A stretch of 64,000 nt of DNA from Amoebophrya sp. A120 (lineage: Eukaryota > Protista > Dinoflagellata), in NCBI GenBank assembly GCA_905178155.1, contig CAJINV010000003.1, positions 9,617,979 to 9,681,978 on the forward strand, written 5' to 3'. A model generated the notes under the pieces. It saw only the letters and a list, made by a program, of their open reading frames with translations. It was not told the origin of the DNA and ran no database searches. This document shows, in pieces, positions 48,103-60,300 of this stretch; the first letter of the stretch is position 1, and every line of letters starts with the position of its first letter. The translations under genes and the position numbers were made by a program.

Positions 48103-51100
48103 GCTGGGTGGCGCCGGTGGCTCCTGGCCAAGGAAGCCGGCCTGGAAGCACTTTCTCCAAGCGGGCGGCCCAACTGTCCAAGCCGCCCGGCAACTGCAAA
48201 CATGCGCTACGGGCGCGAAGAGCACGCAAGCCCTTTGCCTTCGCGAGGGGGGCGGGTGACTTGCTGAACGGCAGGCGTAGTCACATCGCCTTGAAGCCGA
48301 GGGGTGCCGCCGTGGCAGTTATTCCTCGGGGCGCGCTATCGTCCCAGCCGGAACACGCACAAACGCGCTATGCGGAAGATCAGCAGAGCAGCGCCCGGCC
48401 CGGGGCGCGGGCCCGACGAGCCACCACGGGCCAGTGGCTGCCCGTGCTGCGGCCATCATTCATCACTCGCCAAGCGGAGGCTGGCTTCTTAGTGGCACAC
48501 GCGAGACCACTCCACAATTTACCAGGCACGGTCCTTCTCGTTTCTCTGCAGGGTGCGCAGCTTCTGCGGTCCTCACCCTTTCAGTCTCCGAGTATAGAAC
48601 AACAGACCGCAGTGGACCCACTTGCCGCTTGCCGCTGTTTCGCCATGCGCGCGAACGGTTGCGCCGCGGCCCCGGCGTGCACGCGGCCGCGCCTTTGCTA
48701 TTTCGCCGGCCCCCACCTGGGGTTCCAACAATGCTCCACGCGCGAGGCCGCCTACGCGTAGCTGCGCGAGGGCCCCGTGCTGAATATTCGCCTGCGCGAG
48801 CGTGCATATCATGTTTAGGGGGCTGCGATGCTTGCTCGGCTGCCGGGGTGGCGCACGCCGCGAGCTAGCAAGCAAGCGACCAATGGAGGCCGGGCCGTCA
48901 GGGGTCGCGGAAGGCCTTCCGAGGGGGCGGGCGAAGCAGATCAGGGTGGAAGACCCCGCGCACTTAAGACGCGTGGGGCGCATGCGCCGCCGCGCGTTTT
49001 TGGTGCCCCACCAGCCCGGCCCGCTCGGCGCAAATGCGACGACTCCCCGGGGGGCCCGCGAAGACGGCGAGCCAACGCGAGGAGGGGCGCGCCGGTGCCG
49101 GCGCGAAATCGGGTCAACGGGCTGGCTGCGCTATCGGTTGGGCAAACGAAGCCGGCGCGGGTAGTAGCTCTCGGAAGCCTGGAACCCGTTTTCTCGCACC
49201 GCGGAAGAGCCGCGAAAGGCGAGCGCATCGGCCTACGAGGCGGGGCATTGAAAGTTTCCCGCCGGCATTTCCCGACACCAAATTCGCCTCCAACGAATAA
49301 CCTGCCCCCGGCGCAGCCAGACTCCTCGGGATGGCCACCGGCCAGGCCAGTAATAGGCCCGCCCAGGCTACGAACAGCCGCCCCCGGCGGGCTCAAAGCA
49401 GGCGTACCTGGGGCGACTGGGCAACATGGGGGAGCGCGCGCAATTCGGAGAGGCCCGGGCGGCTGCCCGGGCGTGACGAGACAGCCAGGGGCGCCGCCGC
49501 CCGGTGACTTTAGAAGACAAAACCACGAGCGCCACCGTGCGCGCGCTTCGATACCGGATCACGCCCCCTATTACACCCAATCCCAAGCCACGCCGCTTTC
49601 GCAAAAATAGCCCCGCTGGGCTTACAATTTTGGGACCCGGGGCGGCTTTCTTTTTATAATTCCGAGCAAATGCAACACTTCGCACGCCAAGAAGTCCGCG
49701 CGTGACGACCATCCACCAAGCCCCTGCACTGCCAACGCAGCGCTTCCGTGAGAGCCCGGCAAGCGCGGGCGGTCGGCTGCCGAAACTGGCGCCGCCGCCA
49801 AGGATGCGAAAGCATTCCGCCCGCCTTTTTGCGAAGGATGAAAATCTTAGCAACGCCCCGGGGCCCCGGAGTTCTAAAAATCGGCCTGCCGCTTTTGATT
49901 GGGCCTGCCCGGCGCGAGAGGCGCCCTCCCGGTGGGCAACCAATTTCCCAGAGCCGCCAGGCGCTCTCGCCTTCTGCGTTGGCCAGCGTTTTCGCCTTTG
50001 GTTCGTGCGGGGGTGGCGTGCGGGCTGGGGCTGGCAGGTTCCGCGGAGGCCTCTCAAGTGCCTCGCCTTCGGGGCCTTCACAATCTCACTCGAGAGCCCA
50101 AGCCGGCGGGCGTTCACGGAGTGCGCCTCTTCTGCATGCTCTTCTGCGTTGGCATTGTATGGCGCGGCGGGGGATGAAAATGGGGCGGGCACGTTTCGCA
50201 GGCACGCCCCGGAAGCTTGCAGGCGCTTTGGTCTGAAAGCACCTCCGGCTTCGTCGAGACTGCCGGCGGCGCTGCTGCCGGCATCGCCGAAGTCCGCTGC
50301 TGGCACGCTGCGCAACCCTTCGGCGCTAGTGTCGCAATGACAACGGCAAGCGGTTGGATTCGCGGCGGTGTGCTGTGGCATACGATGTCCCGGGCGTCTA
50401 TACTTGTAGAATCCAGCATCCGCTATGCGAAAGGACAACGCTCGCGCGCCATTGTTGAGTATAGAAAGACAAAGATGCAGCGCGGCCTCGCAATATATTT
50501 GTAACGCCAACCAATCGCGCCCGACGGCTGCCACGCAGAGCACTCCCAACCTGCGCGGCGCCGGCCTCTACCTAGCTAGGGCGGACCACATCGGTCGTGC
50601 GGGGGCGGGCTGGGGCTTTTTACTAACTACAGACCACAAACGGCCCCGCCCCGCCCCGCCCCACCGCTTCGCTTATTTGCTTGAGGGGCCCCCGCGAGCC
50701 GCCAGGGCGATTACAACAAACGCACGGGAGCTCCCAAGCCCGCCCCCACATCTAATGCGGGCCCGTCGCCACGCGGGGCACCTGCCCGAATGGCCACGGA
50801 GCCCATTCGCCCCAGGCAAAAAGCCCCCGGAAGCCCCCGGGGCAAGCGCCCGCCCGCCGTACCTTTGCCGCGCCCGCCGGAGCGGCGGCGCAGCGCGGGG
50901 GGCATCCGGGGTCGCGGCGCGGGCAGTCTTTCCTTTGCGAGCGCAGTGCCGAATCTCCGCCCCTTCGAGAAGGCATACGCGACCGGGGCCAAACACGCTG
51001 GGCGCCCGACGGAAGCGTCCGCGCGCCCACCCTGCCGGCAGCCTTGCGCCGTATTTCCCAAGGCCGGCCGACCGCGCACCCCCCCTGGCAGATTCAGGCC

Positions 51101-54100
51101 TGCGGCGTTCTGCGTAGCGGGGGCACCCCAAGCATTCCGCCAGGACTGGGCGCCCCCTCCAGGACAACAAACGACGCATGGGCCCCGGCGATCGGTTGTG
51201 GTGTATGCGCGCGCGCCAGTGGTCCTCGTGCCGAAGCGGCGTCCGCGCCCGGCGTTCTTTAGGTCGAAGGGCCGCAAGTACCGCCCCCCGCCGCGGCAAT
51301 GGGGCTGAAAGCGGTGGCGCCTCCATTGCTGGCCTGGGCTAGCGGGGTCGACGTATCCTCTTCTGCGCCGGCGCAGAGCGCGCCCCGGCCTGTTCGGGGG
51401 CCCTTTTCCAGGCGTGGCCCATGCGGAAACAGGGCAACGCCCCTTGCTCAAGGTATGGGGCCCCCCGCCCCCCCGCGGGGGCGGCCCGGGGTCGGCCGCG
51501 TTGCCTGCATGGGCGGGCGCCGCATCTCGGTGCGCCGGCTGCTTCTTGGCTTTGCCTCTCGGGGCGCGCGAGCTTGTGGCCGTTGCGCCGCGCAGGGCCG
51601 GGCCGCCGGCCGCGAATCAATCGCGGCCGCTTATGCGCCGCTTCCAAGCCTATCCTTCTGGCTGCGTGTTTTGATTGCGCCTGCCCTACCGCCATGGCGG
51701 CCGAAATTGCTCGCAGCAACCGCGGGCCAGCTCACCAACACACTAGGCTCCGCGAGACAAAATCCGCAGAGAGTGCCTCCGGGCGCCCGAATTCCAGAGG
51801 CCGAATCGTCGGGGCTATCGCAAGAAGCCGCCGCCGATGAAACATTCGTGGTCGGCGAGCGACATACCATGAGCGCCAATCAGCAAGACGCGACGCGCCG
51901 ACACGGCCAGCAAACGAAGCTCCCGAGTGTGGTAGCCAAATACAGAGCTCGCGCTTGCTTCTTTTTGTCCTGGCTGTGGTGCGGCGGCGTTTCCTCTGGG
52001 ATACCCGCTCCAGCATATTCATCAGAATGGTGCCTGTAAATATATTTATACTCTATTCGCTACTTCCTGCCGCCGTGGCCGTTTCGCCTTCTCCTTTTTA
52101 TCTTTGCAAACAGGTGCCCGATATACTAAGCACAGGCCGGGTGGGCGATCCCCCGCGCGCGAAACACGTAGAAAGACGGGGGCCGGCCGTGCGGGCCGCG
52201 GGGCGGCCTTTAGCCGCCAAGCAGCTGCCGATCATGCCTGTCTCCAACAAAAGCCACGAAAGGCATGGGGCCAGCCGGTGGCCAGGTTGGCGCCCGCAGG
52301 CGCTATACGGGGAAGGCTGCTTTCTCAGCGCAGGGCGGCATGCATGGGCTTGCTTGGCCGCTAAGCAAGGCAAGGCGGCGCTGCGAGGGGGGCAAAAGGG
52401 GTCGCACGGTGGGGGGAATGGCTCTGAGGTACTTACCGGGGAAACTAACAGGGCAGACTGGCCCGCGGTGTTGGAGGGCGAAAAGCCGGCCGCCGGGAAG
52501 ACGCCAGAATGGCCACCGCTGCCTGCCAGCAGGCCGGGCGGCCCGGGGTGCAAGCAAGCCGGCATACCAGCTAAGCCGCTCGCCCCAGCGGTGGCGCGCG
52601 CGCCTCGCGCTGGCAACAGGGTGCGCCGCGACGACCGCGCACCGGCGCCAACAGGGTGGGAAGGAGAAGCCGGGGCGGCGGGCGTAGCTGAAGCATTACG
52701 CGTCAAGGCCCGGAAGCCCGAAGCCTCGCCCGGGGACCCCGGACCGAGCGAGCACATGAGCCGGGCCCGCCGCACCACAGGGAGGCCTCGCGGCGCGCGC
52801 TGCACCTTGGCGAGGGCAGCGCAACACAGCTCCACCACTTGCGGACCACCGCGCGGGGATCGGCGGTGCCCTTGTAAGGGGTTGTCGATAGCGTGGGCGC
52901 CTTCGCCTGCGCGGCTGTCTTCCTGCGGCCGGCACCGGGCGCGCGGCCTTTCCCTCCGTCGCCTACAAATGCCATACGGGCCCCACGGGCTACAAGGCGG
53001 CCCCGCTGGCCGGGGGCTTCTTTTCGCGGCGGCGCGGCGAGCAGGGAATCTTTGGCGGGGGAAGGCTCGAAAAAGCTCCACCGGGCTGCCGCGCGGCGGC
53101 CGCCGCTTCGCCGGGCCGGGGCGGAATAGCAGGCCACTAAATGAGTGCCCCGAGAAAAGCAGGGCGCGAGCACGAAGGGCGTCGCTGGTGGAGGCATAGC
53201 ACGGGCCGCTTTGGGTTTGGGCCGGGGCCAAGGCAAGCAGGCGCGTTCGTTGGGACCTGCCCCCGAAAGAGCAGGCCCGCGCTTCGATCGGGAAGCAGCC
53301 CGGACTGCGAGTTTACCTGCGTCACCCCCCCCCTCTCGCACCCTCGTCCGATCCATTCTTGATCTTTCAATACCGCGGACCGACGCAATTGCATTCGAGC
53401 AAGATGGATCTCGGGCGCGACGGCTCGCTTCGCCCGCTCCCCGAACAAACCAGGCTGTTGCCGCGGGCGGAAATTTGAACCGGATGAACCGCAGGCCCCG
53501 GACTGCCGAAACGCGGCCCCGGGCTTCACACACCGCTACGACGCCCGCCGGCGCTGGGCGCCGGCTGCTGCGGTTTGGGCCGGGGGGGCAGAGCGGCCGG
53601 CAAGGCCCGCACCGGCCTCCGCTGCCCTGCGGACCCTGCGCAAGTGCAGGGCAGCGCGCCTTTCCACCGGGGGCCACCAAGAGCAGAAGCGCGACCCTTT
53701 TCGCCGGGTCTTCCACGCACCTCCTGCTCGCCCCCCCCGCCCCCGCGCCGCGCGGAGAAAACGCACGCCCGCCCCCGGTCCGCAAAGGCCTTCGTTTTTT
53801 CTGCGCGCGCAATTTGCTGCGAGTTGCGCGCGCAGAAAAGCCAAGGGCGCGAAGTGGCCAAAATCGCCAGGGCCGGAGCCGCATCTACTGCGCCCCACAG
53901 CCGCGGCGCCTTCCTTGAATCTGGCGAAGGAAGACGAAGGAAACCGCGCCGACTTACTTTCGGGGAAGGGCCGGATGGAAAGGTCCGGCGCGGTCCCCGG
54001 CGGCGATCCGCCGCTAGTAGACTACTAGCGGCGGACCGCCGCTGGTAGATTACTGGCGCTGCGATACTGTAGCGCAGCGCCTGTTGTGCGGCCGCGGAGG

Positions 54101-54589
54101 CACGCGACCAGGTCCGGAAGGATCTTGCTGCCCGCCGGCCCCGTCCTACCACAATGGATACTGCTGCCCGAATATATAGGCCACATCTCGGCGGCCCGGA
54201 GCGGGGCCACCAGAAAATAGAAGGCGCGAAGCCCCGGGAGAATGAAATGCCACCAGCGGCGCGAGAGCATTCCTGCCACCTTCCCAATGGCGCGGGGCGG
54301 CGTCGCTAATCCGCGCGCCAGTAAAGGCAGTTGGCGCCCGCGCGTGGCCTTCTGCGCGCGGGCGCGCCAGGCGCGGTTCGTGCGGAAGGCTTGCGCGCCC
54401 GCGCAGACTGGCCGGCTACCGGCGCGGCTGTTCAGTCACTTGCCTGGCCCCAGCCAAGCAAACAACCTCGCGGACAGGCCGAAGCCTGTGCGCCGGATCT
54501 GTTCCGTCCGTGCGGGCTTCCTTGGCCGGCCTGCGCCGCCTGATGTTTTTCTTTGTTCGCCGGATTTTGCCCCTAACGCTTTTGGGCCG

Positions 54590-55460
54590 AAAAGTCCAGT
54601 TTTTTTCTGAAATTTTTTAAAATTCCCGAGAAGGGTAGCGGGGTGGCTCTTGGGGCGGGGCCGAGTTGGGGCCCGTCCTGCTGGCTGCACCAGAAGGGTG
54701 GCGGGATTTGGGTCGCTGCCTTCGGTGCTTCGCAATGGGATGAGCCAAAACACAAAGACGCCACGCCACGCGGGCTCCTTATGCCTCAGGAGCGCTCGGG
54801 AGGCGGCGCGCAGGCATAATGGGTGTGGCTGCTCGACAACGCGGGCACTCGGATGCATTCGAATTGAAGTGAAGAATTTCCTTGGCATGTGGCCAAGAAA
54901 AATTTCAAAAAAATTTCGACTTGCCCAAAAAAAGTTTGAATTTGGCCGGATAAAATTTCAAGAGGTGCGAAAAATGGCCAAAAAAAATTTCGGAAAATCG
55001 GCCACATTAGCAAAATCCCATTGGTTTTTGCAAGTTGGCCACTTTCTAGAATTTTTTTTCAAATTTTTTCTGCGCGCCTCTTGATTTGTCCCGGATTTTT
55101 TTCAAATTTTTTTTGCAATTTTTCCTGGCCAAACCCAAAGAGGAATCCTCTGCGGCGGCAATGCGCCACAAGGACGCCTCTGCTCCCCGACAGAAGAAGG
55201 CGCAACCCCACACGGGTTCGCCCCTCTGGGTTCTCATCACCAGGAGCGGAGGCCAAGAGATACGGACCACCCAAGCGGGCAAGTATACGACACCTACGCC
55301 CGGCCCTCCTCTGCCAAACAGGGGCGAGAACAGACTCGGGAGGGAGCTGCCTCACATAGGCCAGACCGTCGGGGAAGCAAAAAAATCCAAAAAAATTTTT
55401 TTTGCTTTTTTTTTAATTTTATTTTTGCCCTATGTGGATTTTCCGAAATTTTTTGCGTTA
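54590..55460. mobile_element. A/T-run-rich (AAAAATTT-type) relic, probably the subterminal region of a DNA transposon
   Basis: Dense AAAAAATTT and TTTTTTCAAATTTTT motifs in both orientations inside GC-rich relic DNA. No clear TIR or target-site duplication found. Confidence 0.35.
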
Positions 55461-58400
55461 GGGTGGAAATCCTGCGAATCTTTGCCCCTTCCCAAGGGCC
55501 CGGCGTTTGCCCTTCCCTACCCCCCGGGGACGGCAGCCCATCCATGCCGAATGGGGGGGGGCGGCCCCATCTCCCGCCTTGTGCAGGAACCCCAATGCGA
55601 TCGGGGGGCCCGCCCCGGCGGTCTGGCATATCGGCACCGGGAAGGATTCTCCCTCGCGCTTTTGGCAGGCCAGCTTGGTGCCACAGCAAACCAGCGCAAG
55701 CGGCCGCGCGCTTTCCAAAGGCGAGGCGGCAAACGAGTGCGCGCACTGCTGCATGCCGGGCCACACCAGCAGCAAAGCCTTCCACTTGCTACATAGCCGA
55801 CGGACGCGCTTCCATTTGCCGACGAGCTCTCATAGCACCGCTGGCGCGCTTGCTCGTAGCGAAGCGGGGAGGCGCCGGGCCCAACCGGGTGAAAACGCTC
55901 CGCCGCGGTGGCCCTCCGCGAGTTGGGCAACGACAAACGCAGGGGCGTGCTGGCGTGGCATAATGCCCGGGCCGGGGGGGTTAGTAGCCTGGAACAAGGC
56001 CAGCGCATGCGCGTGCGCCCATGCCGCCAAGGCAACGGGGGCGAGGCAAATACTTACCCCACCCCCGCGGGCGGTGCGGAACCCTTACGCCGCCGGCCCC
56101 GGGCGAGCTGCCCGGTTTTGAATTGGCGCAAAAAAACATCAACACTAAAGCAGGAAGGAAGGAGGGCAAGAAAATACGCAAAGCGACGGCGCGAAAGCCC
56201 AGATGGAAGACGCGGCACATGGCCCAAACCGCCAGGGGGCGAGCGCAGGAAGTAGCCGCGGCCGCGCAAGGACAACCGGGACCGGCTGCCCCCGGGCCCA
56301 TCGCGCCCCCGCCTTCTGCGCCAGATCGCGAAGCGGAACCTGGGCCCGAAAGCGGAAGGGCGGGGGGGGACCCAGGGTGGCCAACTGGCCCGGGCAAACA
56401 TAGGCAACCAAGGGGGCGACGCTGGCACAGCGCCGCCCGGGAATCTACGGCAAACGCTGCCAAGGACCAAGACGAGACAACGCAAGGGCCCCGCGGGCTG
56501 CGCCGAAAGAACCTGCAGCGCAAAAACGGCGCCCAAAAACGAAAGCCCCGGGCGCCCCCGGTTGCCGCTTAACCAATCCCCAAAACGGCGCGGCTTTTTC
56601 TGCTTTCTCCTTCTTGGGTTTCCGGTGTGGCTAGTGCTTTATTTGTTCTATACTTGGTGGCTTAGTTTTGCACTGGAATTTGTCCTAAATTAGTACAAAT
56701 TTTGAAAACGCCTCCGAGGCAAATTCGTGCAATTTTAATGCGCAAACTATTGCGCCAATTAATGCGCTCGTAATTACTCCGCGGCCATCCTCTGCGGATG
56801 GTCACGGATTGATCCGGAAACGATGGAGCCCGGGCTGACGACAAAAACTGGAGTCCGGGCGGAAACTCGCGGAACAAAGACTCGGGGCCCTGCACATGGC
56901 CGACCGGCAAAAGAACCCCGAGAAGGCTGCGCGCCCCCACCAAGTCAAAGGGGGAGAACAACCGCCCCAAGCGCCGCCCCACAGAACAACCAGGGGGCAA
57001 GACAACTCGAGAAGGAGCAGGGCGGCCCTTGAGGGGGTTGGGCCACCAATGCTGCGCGCCCTTCTATTGAACAGCACGCGAAGCGGCGCCCATTCTGGGC
57101 AAATAGGGAAACTTCCTTGGAGATAGGGCCCAAAAGGGCCCCGGCCAAAAAGTCCGCGCGCTTTGGCACTGCTGCTTTTTTATGGCGATTTTAATCGCCG
57201 AAATTTGCCCCGCCCTGGCTGCTTGCGCACCAGCTTCGCGCGGCGGCCTTTGCTGGAGTGCCTAAAATCAGCCCCATTCGGCGGGCTGGCGGGGCGCCTC
57301 TCCTCCCTTCCCATGTTCAGCACTGCGGCCCGTGCGGGCCGCTGGCAATCCACAAGAACCCAGGCCAAGAGTAAGCGCTCCGGCAAAGGGGTGCTTCCCC
57401 GGCGGTAGCGGTAGCCCGCCCGAGGCTCTCCTTTCGGGGGAGGCCGACCCGATCAAACCCACCAAGCCCAGGCAGACCGCGCGCTTTCGAAAAAATGCTG
57501 GCGGCCGGGTAGTAAAAAAAGCGCTCGAGAGCGTGCCTATCATCGCAGACGGGGTGAGATAAAACAAGAGGGATCCGATCCCGTCGCCGCGCATAAACAT
57601 AAACAAACCGGCTTTCTTCACGAGGGTGCCGGATCGGCCGACGCCTTTAGTCTTCATTCTTCAAGATGTAGCTACCGCATTAGGCGACGGACTGAATGCG
57701 TGGCGCCTGTCGCTGTCTACTTAACAAGCATTCCAAACGAACGAAGACAACAATCGCAAAAACGAAACCGACAGCACCATTCTTCGTGAGAATCTGCTTC
57801 AGGTTGAAGGTGTGGCATTTCTCCCGTGCTTCCATGAGCGCAGCTTTCTGTGTATCACATGGAAATAAAGCTGTGACGCCTTGTCGGCAACAAGCACAAA
57901 ACTTTTCTGCCCGAAAAATATCCGGGCAGGCGTGCTTCCAAGAAGAAAAATACCAAACAGACTACGGCCCCACACTCCTCTACTAATCGCCTGGGCTGGA
58001 GCAATGCGGCCAGGGCCGGCCGCTTCGCTGGGCAGCGCGCGCCACTTCTCCGAGCCGGCGCGGCCGACGGCTGCGCACCCCAGGGCGTTGCGCGTGCATA
58101 GCTGCTGTGAGTGTGGGTGCGGTCCGGGTCCGCGGGTGAGTAAGCCTGCCCACTGCGGGTAGGCAAAGCGGCCCATGTGGGCAGTACAGAGTGGCAGGAA
58201 AAGCGAGGCCACGCATGTCCGGGGCCCATCTTGTTCCCCGTTGTCCCGTGCCGCACTGCGCTGCCCTTTTTCGCGCTTTGCTCTACCTCCCTGCCGCTTC
58301 ATCAATTCAGCTGAGCAGCCGGGGCGCCCTTGGTATTTCTTAGAGGGGGAACACGTCGCCAGCTGCTCAATAATTATCATTTTCTTTGCGGACCGCCGAC

Positions 58401-59399
58401 GCTGCGGCAGAGAGCCCAAAACCGAAACGCCTGAAGGCCCTAGCGTTGTGAGGAATACGCGCCATTTGGGCTGTTGGGGCGGAGGCATCGCCCGTGCTTA
58501 TCGGCGGCGGCCCTGCTGCTTCCAGGTCCGCACCCCGGAAAAGTTTCCAGGCACGAGGCTACTCTGGGTCCGTGGGCATTCCCGGCCTGCCGGCCGTCAG
58601 GTGCGGCGCGCAGCCAATTTAAATTCATCGGGGCCAAGCCCCCGTCTGGTGTCCCGTCCGGCCCGATGTGTGCCGGGCCCAAACCAAGGCCACCGGTCCG
58701 GTCCCGCCCGGTTTGTAGACGGGCCAGTGCCGACGCAAGCATGGCCAGAGACCGGTCCCGCCCGAGCAAGGCAGGCGAATACACCGCGCACAAAGCCCGA
58801 TCCAAGGCACGCCCGGTCCCATAGAGCCGGCACGGCGCATGGCGCGTCCGGGTTCTTGTGCCCCGTCTTCGCCAGAGGGCTTGCAGGAACGAAGCACGCT
58901 TTGCTGCGGCCAATCTTTGCAAAATTTCTGGCCCTGCCGACATGTCGCTACTCTTCTGAAGCTTTGTCTTGTGCTAGCTTTTAATCGTGCCGATACAGCA
59001 CGCCGAAAATTACAAACAATGACGAGGCAGCTGTTTCCATATAGTACTGCGTCGATGATTTTGCATCGGATTTCGCTGCCGCAAACTCGGGTATACCACT
59101 GACAACATCCCCCTGCAGACCGCAGACGGATTTAATCAACTCTACAAGTATAAGTAAGTATGATTTTGATTGTTCATCTGTACTACGACGAAGCTGATTG
59201 GTCCGCGGAGCCACCCAAACACGCCTACTCATACGCAAAGACAAACGCCCTACACAACGCTAAAGCGATACCCACCAAAACCGTGGGCACTTCCCAGATC
59301 CCTGCACAACAATCTCTTACAGAGCATCGCCACCACAACAATCTCCCACGGGCGCGCACAAGGCGCGGCCGGACAAGTGTTTCAGCGAAGGAAAGTCAC

Positions 59400-60300
59400 C
59401 ACTAAAAAGAGATCGCATCAGCTTGCAACTGAAATTGCCGACCCTTGTATGCGCCGTATCATTTTTCGCCTAACAGAAACCGCTCAAAAAACAGTATCGG
59501 CATTACTCAAGTCTGTGGACTTTTGCGCGACCCTAGTGTGATAGACTAGTAAGTGGAGCTGGAGGTCTGTTGCTCAACAAAATATCGCAGCACATGATCA
59601 TCCCAGTGCGGCAGCGCTCGGAACGTCGACAACAATTCTGAGTCTAGTCCTGCAGTGCCCGGATATCGCTAGGAAAACTGCTGAGTCGAACTCGAGGAAA
59701 TGGCCCTTGCATTACGGTGGCCAAAAATCGATGCACCGCCGTGCATTCCAAAACTACCATCACCATCATGATTTATCCTGAGCTTGTGGTGAGATGCAAA
59801 CTCGGTCAGTAAATTACGATCTAGATGAACTGGCTTTGCCTATGCATTTTGGTGGGTGGATGCGCAGCGACTCAATTTCATATCTCCGACGGTGGGTTTC
59901 GGTGCGGTGCCCGCTATGCTCGCCTGCTTTGTCTCGGAAGTGGCCTCTCATACTAGGAAAGCGGGTCTCTGACCTAGGAAACGACATACGACTACTTCCT
60001 TGAATGCTTCTGCACACAGATTGCAACATCACAACAGTCCACTCCTGGGCGCGCACGCTGAGGCCAGTGCAGCCCTTCGCTGTCGTGCAAGCATTCCAAC
60101 TGGAGCGCCACTCAGAATTGGCGTGAACCTGCGCCCTAGCAGCTCTAGCATAACTCAACATGTGCACGACATCAAAAAGTACTTATGCAAGCCATAAGGT
60201 GCGGAGACGCTATCTCATGCGATGCCTTTGCCTCCTCTTTCTCGTCGGCTTTAGTGGATTTGTCGTCCTTCTCATCTCTCTTCTTCTCCGCCTCCGTGGC
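59400..60300 (-). pseudogene. Degenerate copia RT/RNase H relic
   Basis: KLRINHDGDGSFG...GASIFGHRNARAISSSSTQQ resembles the copia RNase H D-x-D...ISWSSKKQ region. Downstream ILFFERFLLGE...LQAD fits the RNase H tail. Confidence 0.38.

Larger units (their letters stand above)
44300..58900. other. Largest GC-eroded relic block (similar blocks at ~1-1750, 4300-6600, 7500-11100, 13130-14170, 21000-24960, 41800-43500, 61000-64000)
   Basis: Very GC-rich, TpC/GpA-poor DNA with surviving A/T homopolymer runs. It has overlapping R/A/P/G-rich ORFs in all six frames and embedded copia fragments. Confidence 0.7.

Noticed and set aside
44300-58900. Many 200-400 aa ORFs (e.g. 46300-47460, 49368-50549, 51955-53199, 52703-53884)
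   Set aside because: They overlap in all frames, are R/A/P/G-rich and contain no domains. High GC and loss of GA, which removes TGA stops, explain them.
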